Made by a program: the position numbers and the translations under genes. Source: Saccostrea echinata (lineage: Eukaryota). From it: DNA of 64,000 nucleotides. The stretch covers positions 5,394,001 to 5,458,000 of the forward strand of contig NW_026889794.1 of NCBI RefSeq assembly GCF_033153115.1, given 5' to 3'. Of the stretch, positions 10,451 to 22,179 are shown in pieces. Positions within the stretch are counted from its first letter, which is position 1. Every line of letters begins with the position of its first letter. The notes below the pieces were generated by a model. It did not search any database. It worked only from the letters and a program-made list of their open reading frames with translations, and was not told where the DNA came from.

Positions 10451-12271
10451 AATAAACGATACCCATCTACAGTGTCTTTCCTAATGTATATTGCGCTGGA
10501 TGGGCAAGGAGACCTGAAACCATACATTGATAAAGACAAAATTAAATACATCGAAGGACAGACTGATGAGCTCGATAAATTTCGCATCACATTTTCCGAA
10601 GTAAAAAAATCTTACAGCTATAAACATCACTATCTTGCAAGTGAAGTCACTGATTTTGTAGAGCTACAATCAATGGTAAAAAACAATCTGATAGTCGACA
10701 GATTGCCTTATAAAGGTAAAATTGTGGTATTGAAAAACCAAGAGCCTGATGATTTTCCAAACTTTGTTGTGCACCAGGTAACAGTAGAATTGCCATTTGA
10801 ACTCGAGGTTATATACGAATCTGGTAGTTTTCGGTTTTACAACGAAAGATTAGAAGGCGATGCTTATACAGCAGAACTTTTAAAGTAAACAAAAAGATTT
10901 GATTCAAGATTTACAGATACATTTGATCGCATTTTACAAAATTACAAATCTGATGACATAAATTTTGCCAAAGAAACATTAAGTAATATGTTAGGTACAA
11001 TAAGTTATTTCCATGGAACTTCTTTGGTTAAATCACAACACGACACTGAAGTTGATGAATATTGGCCTACTTCTCTGTACACCAGTGTTCCCTCAAGATC
11101 ATTTTTCCCTAGGGGGTTTTTATGGAATGTTGGATTTGATTGTCAACTGATTTTCCTGTGGAACAAAACAATTTCAAAAGAGATAATATCTCATTGGTTA
11201 GATCTTCTCAACATGGAGGGATGGATTCCACGCGAGCAAATATTAGGTGTTGAAGCAAGAGCAAAAGTACCGGGAAAATTCCTAGTTCAAGAAAATCATA
11301 TTGCTAATCCACCCTCTCTGTTTTTAACGATCCAAAACTTTTTAGCAGATGAAAGTTACGGAACAACAATTTTCTTGGAAAAAATCTATCCGAGACTGGA
11401 ATCTTGGTTCAACTGGCTTCATAAAAATCAAAAGGGTGGTGAATCTACAACATATTACTGGAGAGGACGAAACAGTACAACTGACACAGAACTTATTCCG
11501 AAGACTCCAGCTTCAGGGCTTGATGATTATCCAAGAGCATCTCACCCTTCGCCAGATGAACGGCACCTAGACTTTCGATGTTGGATGGCACTTGCGTCTA
11601 ATGTACTAGCAAATATTGGAAAACGCTTAGGAAAAAATATACATAGGTTCAAGGTTATTTCACAAGAGTTGTTTGACAGCACGCTCTTGGAGAAATATCA
11701 CTGGAATCAAGAACAAAAATCTTTCAACGACTTCGGACTTCATACCAATGCAGTTGAACTGGATCATAAAAACTGGACAAGGATAGTTTATAGAGAACCT
11801 AAACTAAAATTTCTGGAGTCTTTTGGATATGTGAGTCTATATCCATTGATGCTAAGAATTTTAGAACCCGATTCATTACAACTGTCTAACATTCTTTCGG
11901 ATGTAACTAACAAGGAACTCTTGTGGACAGACTATGGCCTTCGATCACTTGCCAAAAATTCTCCATTTTATCAGGTTTGGAATACCAAAGATGACCCCCC
12001 TTACTGGCGAGGTTCTGTATGGATTAACTTAAACTATCTCACACTTAGCGGTCTATATCATTATGCAAATATTCCTGGGCTGCATAAAAAGATGGCCCGG
12101 GATGTTTATAATCAGCTTAGGGTTAATCTAGTTAATAATATGTTAAAACAGTACAGAGAGACAGGTTTTGTGTTCGAATATTATGACGACACAACGGGGG
12201 TGGGAAAAGGTGTTCATCCTTTCAATAGTTGGTCTTCGCTTGTTGTTAATATTATTGCAGAAAAATACTAG
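10451..12271 (+). pseudogene. MOGS: MOGS-like exon 2 with an in-frame premature TAA (10886-10888); a pseudogene, null allele or sequence error
   Basis: The acceptor ttttctgcag|AAT is in phase 0. ORFs 10472-10888 and 10988-12271 share one frame, and the bridge (TKRFDSRFTDTF...FAKETLSNMLG) is MOGS-like. Motifs: PSRSFFPRGFLW, GWIPREQILG, SGLDDYPRAS, PPYWRG, FEYYD. Confidence 0.8.
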
Positions 12272-12788
12272 GTTGTCACTGATTAATATTTCGCTTTTTA
12301 ATGTTTAATTTATTGCAATGAATATACACTAGACAAAATTGCTACATGTAACGCACCACCTAAATAAATTAGCATTTTTCTTTTCAAAACTTGTTTATGA
12401 TGTTTTTGATATATAATTATGTTACTTTAGTAAAAAATGAGACATTTAAATGCTTTAACTGATAAATAACAACAATGTTTACTGAAGCGTAACCACTTCA
12501 TAGAAAAAAATAAAATCACATTCATACTTTTTTGGTGGAATTAATTTCTAACTTTTTCTTTGTGGTTGTGTTCTTTATGTTTGTACTAATTAAAAACTCA
12601 GAAAAAAAGTTACACCGTATGCAGCGTTTGACTCTAGAAGAGGGTGCTGAGGCAGCCAGTATGGTGTCTGCAAGGGGTTCCTTTGAAGAAATATGTAAAA
12701 AATTAAAAGAATTAAATGATTATGAATTTCTCTGGTGAAAAATTGTTGAAAGTGAATTAACGATCATAAAAATGTTTACAATAGATAT

Positions 12789-12899
12789 CAATCTGATTAA
12801 AATCAGATCCTCGATGCTCCTTTTTTAACGATATGTCGCTTTTCGTAAGCGACATATCGTTAAAAAAGGAGCATCGAGGATCTGATTTTAATCAGATTG
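12789..12899. mobile_element. Perfect 111-bp hairpin MITE with a 10-bp TSD
   Basis: Perfect 53-bp arms (12789-12841 and 12847-12899) around the loop TTCGT. TSD CAATAGATAT at 12779-12788 and 12900-12909. Confidence 0.9.
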
Positions 12900-15814
12900 C
12901 AATAGATATCGACGGCATTAAGTGAGCACGACACAATAATATCAAGATTGTTCCACAAAATTGGGGCAACCGGAAGTTGGGTGGATTTGGTAGGGACACC
13001 AAGGCACGGGATGACTACTAAGCGATATGGTAGTCAATCAGGGTATATCATTTGATTTTTAAGTGGGAGACTGCTCCCGTCGCAACGTCACGGACCACCA
13101 TCGGTAATCACCAACTTCATATCTTGGCAAAAACGGTGCGCAGTGCACGTCGGGAAATTGTTTTTCGGACAAGAAGATCCTTTAAGGGTCTTGACATTAC
13201 ACCAAGACATTTGTCAATCCATCTGTTTTGGAAAAGAAGGCATATTTTATATACTAGTACCAATCAGGAAAATGATCAATTCACAAATAAGAATAATAAG
13301 TGGTGCGTTAGCAATTTTGTCTAGTGTAGTTATCTTTAACTAATGTACTATATGTTACTATATGGTGAATGTTACACATACTTGCAATTCATGACACTTT
13401 TCACCTATCCCGACTACTTTGAAGAGTGACTAAAATAATTACATCAATTAATTATTCTTCATTTTAATGTTTTGAATGATTAATTATTAAACTGTTTTTG
13501 TATTGTTGTTATAATCTAAAATCAAAGAACCTACACATCTTTTCATTGAACTTACAGGAGATGTTCATTTTGAGAGTTGAATTATAAAATTATGTGTTCC
13601 AGTTTTTAAAAATTTTTTGAAGATAAGAGAAGTGTATTCCAATTTTGGGCCGAGAGGGCAAAATAGTGAATAAAAGATTATAGAAAGAGAAAGTTCAAAA
13701 AGTTAGTTTAAATTGTAGCCCATTCTGGTTATCTGAAAATAAAAGATAAAATGTATATATTTCTTTCCACAGACAAATTTAATGAGCAAATATAGCATGT
13801 TATCTTGGTGTAAATTTTGAGTTGACTATATGGAATGAATGCAAAATTTACCAGGTCTGTGAAATGATGAATTGTAAATATATATTCTTTATTAAAGAAT
13901 GAAATTTATATTTTACTTTAGATGTCAATATTCTTTATTACACAAACTTCTGTACTAAAAGGGGTTTGAACTCGATAGTGAAGTGCAAAATTTACATGAT
14001 TAATCTAGTAATTCATATTAAAGAAATCATTCAAGAATATCCGGTACTTATAAGATATATGTATTGACGTTCCATTAACTACCCTGGTGTATATTTTGAG
14101 CTTGTTCTTTATTTTTATGAAAATATTATTATACCTGTACATATTGCATATCGTAAAGTGAGTGACAATTATTCGATTCTAAGATTTTTAATTAAAAGTC
14201 TTTATGGGTAACAGTATGGAATGCTTTGCAAAAATCTACAAAACATGCAAGAAGTCCTTTACTACCTTGTTGAAGTTAAGCACGATTTGTAAAAGGAATT
14301 TGTCCGCCATATTCTTTAATTCAATTGTCATACCTGAGGACCCCTATTTAAGCCGCTCACTTAGTCAATGTTCAGTGTTATCAGTTTTTAGCTGTGTAGA
14401 CGGACGTATGCTACATAGTACTCGTTTGCGACAAAAATAACTGTGTACTTCTTCCACGCCAGGAAAGAAAGATACCAAAGAAACTTACAAAAGTTGCACA
14501 GGTCAATGCAGTATACAAACAAACACAAATACACCTAACTGCAATAAAATGTAAACAAATGCTATTTAAGATAACAACATGAACGCGTGTCGCAATTCCA
14601 CGCCGATACCCGTGACAATAAAGCATTCAGGTGTAACGAATGCGAAGGGTATACCCAGTGCTGATATCGTAGATAGTGAAATCTAATATGGCGTACGCCT
14701 ATTTACGAGTCGTGTTCAGCTTTAATGTACATTTCATCATTCACTATAAAAACAAATGGACTGATGTTCTTTTTTTTTTAAATCCCATTCGGCTTTCATC
14801 CATACTATTATGTTCTGTTGAGAATAATCTATTTCTTTTGAAAATTTACTAGCGATAAACTGTTCCGTTTATACCTTTTAAGAATCTCTGCATGTTATTA
14901 CTTCTCTGTAGTCACTCATTTTTAATCTAAAGAAGCTAAAATGAGTCATGGGACATTTGACCTTCTTGATACACACAATACTGATGGAATAACGTCTGAT
15001 TACCCTGTTTTGCATATCAAAGAATTTAAAAAACTTTTTTCGGTTGCCCCCTACCCGAAATTGATCATGTTGATTTCCACGGGCAATTACATACTTCGCA
15101 AAGATAGTGATTCCATCACGTGTGCCTTTCAACGGATTAATTTGTCAATGAAATACACTCTGTGCTTGTGTATAATGCATTTTTGATATATCAACTTTGT
15201 CCTACTCTGGCAGGCCTGGACTCTGAATTAAAGACCTAGACGGGAAAGACATAAATTTGATAGAAGCCCATTTTAATCTTGAAAAAGTTTGCTAAATGTC
15301 AATGCAGGAGTTAGATTTTTTTTTTTAGATAATTATACAGTATAAGGATGTAATTTCAATTATTACACGAAGAATCGAATCAGAGAACTGACATAATTGA
15401 AAGTAATCCATGTCTTTGTTTGTTAAGGTGTTATCCATTCCAATTTCATGGCAAAACTTATTTCAACGAAAACGTTTTAGACCTTAGTCAAAATCTATAC
15501 ATTGTCTTAAAGGTTAATGATAACAAACACAAAATTTAAAATGTTCTAAAATATTGTCTCCATTTCGTGTTGTTAGTTTTAATTTTCAAGTGTCGATTTT
15601 TTTTATGAATGACTGAAATCTTGATTTTAAGACTGCTTCATGATCCAGGGGCCAGGAGACAGCCTTTGGCACAAATACAATTTGCTGCTTTTTATCTATT
15701 TCATCCTCCTACTGGACAAAATTAATCTTAGTGACATTTTTTTGTATGAAAGCCTTGAACAATTCAAATACACTAATTCATACGAAAACAAAGGAATTGA
15801 CGCGGTTAATATAA

Positions 15815-17285
15815 CACGTTATTACTGGTGACGTAAATATTATATAGTTAATAATGAGGACCTTAAATCATTAATATTAAAAGGGCCAAAATTTAGGGAA
15901 CCCCGATCTTTTAACTGGCGTCATAATTTCATAAATGTTATGGATTCTGTGGAAGATTACGCCAGGCGGTGGGCCAGACATGAAAAAGAAGACCTGGACA
16001 CATTGTCAGAATGGATTAAATGTATATGTATAATATCTCGCATTAAGCGATTGAGGGGCAAAATGAAAACCAACTATCCTTCTGTGTTCAACAATTTAGA
16101 AGTGAAAAAAGAATTAAATAGATAACACGATCAATATGTACTGGTTCCTGCTGACAAAGCGGGTAAAATCATTCTTTGTTTGTAAGGCTCATTATTTAAA
16201 TTGTATGTTAGAGGAACTGGAATTTAATTCTACAAGTGTTAATCCAACTTATACCCATAGCTCCCATTCTAAGGAGTAAATTCTTCAAAATCATATGTCG
16301 GTTTCGAATATTTTTAATATTCCTAACAACCAACATGAATTTGAATAACCATATCTATATTGGATTTCGAAACTTCATAAAAATCTTTACAAACAAAGAT
16401 ACATAACGGGTTCCAGTAAATGTTCTACCAAGCCTCTTTCTTTACTCATCAGTAAAATATTAATAGTAGTGAAGGAGAAATATATTGGAATTTCCATGGG
16501 TACGAATTGCGCCCCGTTATTAGCAGACCTATTTTTGTATTCATATGAAGCAGAATTCTTTCAAAATCTTATAAGTGAAAAGAAGAAAACACTTGCTGTG
16601 GCCTTGAACTCAACATTTAGATATATCGAAGACGTATTGTCAGTTAACAATGGATATTTTCATTCTTATGTCGATACGATACACTAGTATCCCGGTGAGC
16701 TTGAAATAAAAGATACCACAGATTCTGACACATCTGTTTCATATTTGGATATTTTACTAGAAAAAGACGTGATGACTTTAACTTTTCAATCCAACTTTCC
16801 TTATGCAGCAGTATACCTTCATCACTTGCATACGGGGTTTATATCTCTCAGTTGATTCCATACGCAAGAGCATGCTCTACGTATGAACAATTTCTTAAAC
16901 GAGGTAAGTTATGGACAAACAAGTTGATGAAAGAAGGATATCAGCAGTCTCGCTTAAAGCCATTATTTCGTAAGTTCTATGGTCGATACAATGACCTTAT
17001 CAGCGAATACAATCTATCATTAAGTCAAATGCTGACTGACGTTTTTCATACTAATTGTTAGGCCATTATTTACACACTGAATTGTCGACGGATTTTTCCG
17101 TTATTTCCCGATCATGACAAGGAGCACACGGTGGGTGTGACCGATCGGCAGGGGATGCTCACTCCTTCATGGCAACTGATTCCACCTCTGATGATTTAGA
17201 GGTCCGTGCTTGCTCAGCTCCAAAATTTGTATTGTGACATGGAATTTTGAGCTTGAATACTGTTTGTAATCTCCATATATTTCAT
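15815..17285 (+). mobile_element. Degenerate Penelope-like retroelement (RT ends without a C-terminal endonuclease; Naiad-like)
   Basis: Fragments HVITGD..LKGPKFREP, LVPADKA, LYWISKLHK, GISMGTNCAPLLADLFL and FRYIED, with stops and frameshifts. Internal deletion between VKEK and IGISMG relative to the copy at 22769-24479. Confidence 0.85.
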
Positions 17286-18156
17286 GAAGCACTGTAGAGT
17301 CTAGACAAAACTAACTACTATTAAGTAAGAACATAACAGTTTGCAGCAGAATACGAAAAACCTAGGATAAATAAATTGTCAACCATTCAGCTACCAGAAT
17401 TGAGGTATAAAACTTTATCAAATGATATTTTGACATCAGACCCATTTTAGGGTTAATCTGTGTTTATGTATAAGATTATCTACAAGATGTAAGTTGCACG
17501 TTTCAGAATCAACTACCACTAACCCAAGTCTTGATATTTCAGGTCTCAAGACCATAAACTGAAAACAAACTTGAGTCAAAATTTCAATTAGTAAAACGTT
17601 GAAATAAATAAATCACAGTATTCCACTGTTGAAAATGTAATAATATTGAATTTTCATCATTTGTTTGCATTTGAATATTAATCAATTATAAACAAATGAT
17701 GAAAATCATTGTGTTATTTTCAATATCATTTCATAGGCATGATTCAATAATGTGAGGCTTGATCAAAAAGTATTGTCACTAGCACTATAAAATCTTTAAC
17801 AATCGGAAGTCGTCATCATCAAAACACCATTTAAAATTGATGACCTATAAATCATTCACTTCACAAGTGGTAATTACGTGACCACAGAGACAATGAGGTC
17901 CATGCAGTGGTCTAGTCGATCAAAATAGTGATTAATTAATCAATAAATTTGAACAATTTGTAAATTGATATTTGAATGTTTTCTGGACCGAAATTAATTG
18001 ATATGAGAATCCATATACTTAACATATGTGAATCAATAGAACAAGCTAGAAAAAAATTTAAGGCTTCAAAATAAAATAAAATTGTATATATTATATAAAA
18101 ATAAGAAACTATAATTCAGTTTGCAGTCAAATTAATGTTTTACAGCAACAAAAATA

Positions 18157-18333
18157 CAGTAAAATACGCTTATAGCCAACATGGTTACAATGAATTGAGG
18201 CATATAGCGAAGTTATTTTTATTCCCCTTTGACCTTAAAATATAATTGGACACTTAACGGATATAATGAATTACCCTTATAATGAAGCAAAGTCGTCCGT
18301 CCCTGGCACCTCGTTCTAAGCGTGTTTAACTAT
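18157..18333. mobile_element. Degenerate CAGT-type (pogo/Tigger-like) MITE
   Basis: TA|CAGTAAAATACGCTTA at the left and TAAGCGTGTTTAACTA|TA at the right. Confidence 0.5.
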
Positions 18334-18511
18334 ATACTTCTAAATATCATTTTTTTTTCTTTTTCGCTGATATATTATGACAGGTGTATTTGAACATGAC
18401 TGTAAATTAAAAAAAAGACCTTGGAAATGGTCAATAATCGCAAGCATCACTCTTGAAACTATGTTACAAACATGTATAGAAGGTTAGCATTTGCATTGTT
18501 GCAGAACATAA

Positions 18512-21500
18512 TCATTCCGGAAGTATTATTTCTCCTTTGATATCTTCATAAATTCCCGCCACATTGATAGCCCGCACGTACAGATGAACAGACAGACTTG
18601 ACCAGCTGGTGATTGTTGGCGGTAGGCCAAATTTGATGCTTGTCTTTGTGGTCTCCTGCCACTGAAGAACGTTACTTCCGCTCTCAACAGTTCCAGCGCA
18701 AACTTCGTAATAAAGAGGATGTTCAGAATTAAACACGTTGTTCCAAGTGACAGAAAATTCTTTGTTTCCTGCGTGCCAGGACACTAAAAGTTGATTTCCT
18801 TTAAAAGAATATGTAGTTAATTATAAAAGGCAAGTTATTCATTATCAAAAATACTAAAGCACTATATAGCATATAAATTTATCAACACTATAATGATATG
18901 TTCTTTGCATACCAGACTTTCGTGGTTTGTCGTAGAGTACTGTAATGTTGTGTGGTACTCTGCTGCCTGCAAGAAGAAGTTTATTGATGGCTTGTATTGA
19001 AATATTTGTAAGTCCCTGGTCCATAGCTAAGTTCATTATCACTGCACTCTGAACGTCTTGGCCAATCGGAAATGACATCCTTTCAATCAATTTTAAATTT
19101 TGATCAGAAAATATGATCTACAAAAAAAAAAGAAAGAAAAGGAAATGAAAAAAAAAGATAAACACTGGGTAGAAGATACTTGTCATTAATTTCAAATGAA
19201 TAAAAGCTGACCTTATATTGATCAATTCCAACGGAATCTGTAAATCCAGACCATTTTATTCTAACACTGTCTTTGACACTTTGATAATGAACGTTAGCTT
19301 GGTACTCCGTGACAGACATAGGCAAAACCACAACCTCAGAATGAGCTACTGATGGGGTTAGGGTGGAAATTGTCACTCCATCAGAGGATTTAGAAGTTAT
19401 TAAGCCTGCACGATTTTGACACCTTATTGTAGAATACACAGTTCGATTTGCCAAAAGATTATAGTCAAAATCCTTAAATAGAACAATTTCTGAAACTGGT
19501 ACTTTCTCAAATGTCTGCAACTCGACTCCCTGAGGTTGGTAACCTGTTATAAAAGTTATTAGAAGTTTTATATCTCTTACATGCAAGATTGATTATTGGT
19601 AGAGCAATGTTAAATACTAAACCTAGGAATAGCACTTTTAAAAATGTTTGCATCTCTTATAGATTGTTATTTAAAACACACCTATACCCCATTCGCAGAA
19701 TTCTATTCCTGACTCATTGTCCAATGCCACAAAGTTGACGGCTACTTCATTGTCTATCCATGCGTCTTTATCCTCGCCTTATTAGATTAAAACGTTTGTC
19801 AATGAATATTAACAATTAATATTAAACTGAACGAAATTGAAATTAACCATATTTAGTTATTACAAAATATCCAAAATCTAGAATTTATTTGCAAATTTGA
19901 CGGTCCTGTATCCATATTCCATTTCCAAAAAAATCAAATTTCAAATTGTCTTACTTGTTAACCGACCATCGTATACATGGACGATCTCTGGAGGGGTAAG
20001 GTCGACAAGAACTGGTGCGGAGTAGGAAAGCCCATCAAGCCCAGCCATATTGGAGGCCACCGCTGTTATATGTATGACTGTGTTATGGATCAAAGTCACA
20101 TTCGTGTTGATTCCGAAGTTGTTCAGTCCAGTACTTTCGAAGCTTTGAAGTTGTATCCCACCTTTCGTATATCCTAACAATGAAACAGGCATGCATTTTT
20201 TATGGTGCGTACTTTAAAATATGTGCATCAATTATTTCCATTTTCCTCCACTTTCTTTACATCATTTGACTAGTGATGTGAATACCATACAAGTTGGCTA
20301 GAGAGTTAGCATACATGCATATAATTTACCGAAGAGGAAAGGTCATAAACGTTACCATTTGTGGATTTATTATTTTTACCTATTGCCCATTTGTACTCTG
20401 CGATAGGACTTGAATCTTCAATAAAGCTCCATTCCGCGTGTATAGAACCCCACTGGTGTATATAAACGATGTGAGCAGACACATGCGATTCATTACCGTC
20501 TTTTTCATCCCTTTCTACGCGCTGAAATGTCAGGTGTTCTACAAAGAGTCCTGTCTTGGTATCTGTACTTCCGATTTCTAAATAAGCTGAAATATCTGAA
20601 GCTGTAAAGTAAAACGTATGTCTATGCCATGACAAAGTCTCGCGAGAAATAGATTCACCATGTCCATCTTGCCTATATGGTTTTGTATATAACATAAAGA
20701 CATGTTTCTTTTTACCGATGTGAACAAAACCTTCTTTATTGGAAACCATAGCTGTTTTCAGTGATAGATGGCTTGTGAAGAAAACGACATGATACAATTC
20801 CCCAACTTTCAAATTTTGGACTTTTTGTCTTAAACTTCCCCTCAAAAATAGAAAAGCTTTGCCATCTCTGGCTAAATTTTTCTGTGACTTCACTACAGAA
20901 GCACAACTTCCATGAGTTGCATGCCAATGATCAGGTAGAAAGTCCAGATTTAAAGAACACAGGTTACTGACATTTATATTTTCAACTGACAAAAACTTCT
21001 TTGAGGACTCAAACGAAGGGTTCTGCAGTAGATTTTCTTCTGTATGATAAAGGTATCGAGGTTTCGGTGGGGTGGTGTCGATTTTTACACCATCAGAAAC
21101 AACAATTTCAGATTCATATCCAACGGTATCCACTGCGTATACTTTGCTATAGTAGGTCGCACCTGAAATGATTTATTCAACATTCATATCAAAACTCCAA
21201 AAGAAACCGTACAACACATCTACATTACATTGAAAATAATAAATTTATATGATTCAATTGGAATTAGAGAGCCTATGGATATTTAATAATGTTCAACACT
21301 ACATGCAACTACATGTAATATCAGATACTTATGTAAATACTTATCAACCAACCTTGTAGGAGTTCATTTTTCAATTTTCTAGATACGGATGTATGAATAC
21401 CAACATTTTCCCATTGGCGAACGTTGCATTCCGTATTTGCTGATGACGTATGGAAACTAGAAGTGTTACCAACGCACCAGTAATAAAGCAATATCCCGGA

Positions 21501-22146
21501 CCCCGTATCTGAAAATCCGTGCCATCGAGCACCGATCACATTTGATGTATTCTGATATTCAAGGTCATGCAAACCTGTAAGTCAAGAATTTGAAAACCAT
21601 ATATATTTTAACCCATTGACTTTTCATGCTTAAAGACTTATCTAAAAGAAGAGACATAGGTTACTTGATTAATTCTGAAAATCAGTATGCTTCATATGAC
21701 AGTTAAATCTTTCACTAAATGACAGATTACCCGGTAGTACATTTATAAAGTTTAAAGACTTTTAAAAAAGGGAAAAAGAGCAAAAATACTTCATGAAAGT
21801 GGAAAGATATTCATCTTCATGTAGAGAATACCAACCAATGCCATCGTATACAATGCCAGCTCGTGGTCTAACATCATCAGTTCGAAACCCATCGGAGGAT
21901 TCTGTGTGGTGGATTCCAGAAAACCCATATGCAATGACGTTACTAAAATACTGAACTCCCGGAGAGAGCAAAATTCTAAGAATGTGGTATGTTGTAACTG
22001 TATTTTGTAATTCCTCATTACTGTCCCAGATGTCATGTCCTAAATGATTGCAAGATATTTATTATTCTGTGTTTATAAAAGCACTTCAAATTCAAAAATA
22101 TTTTAAAACGATCATTTTGGATGCACTATCAAATATGGAGATTTCG

Positions 22147-22179
<33 letters not shown>

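Noticed and set aside
10886-10888. Selenocysteine or programmed read-through in MOGS
   Set aside because: The stop is TAA, not TGA, and no SECIS or read-through context is visible.
13052-13343. Overlapping short ORFs downstream of MOGS
   Set aside because: Non-ATG starts, no recognisable domain and no clear splice structure.
17188-17194. CTGATGA hammerhead core in the PLE 3' UTR
   Set aside because: Other copies read CTGATGT or CTGAAGT, and there is no properly placed GAAA.
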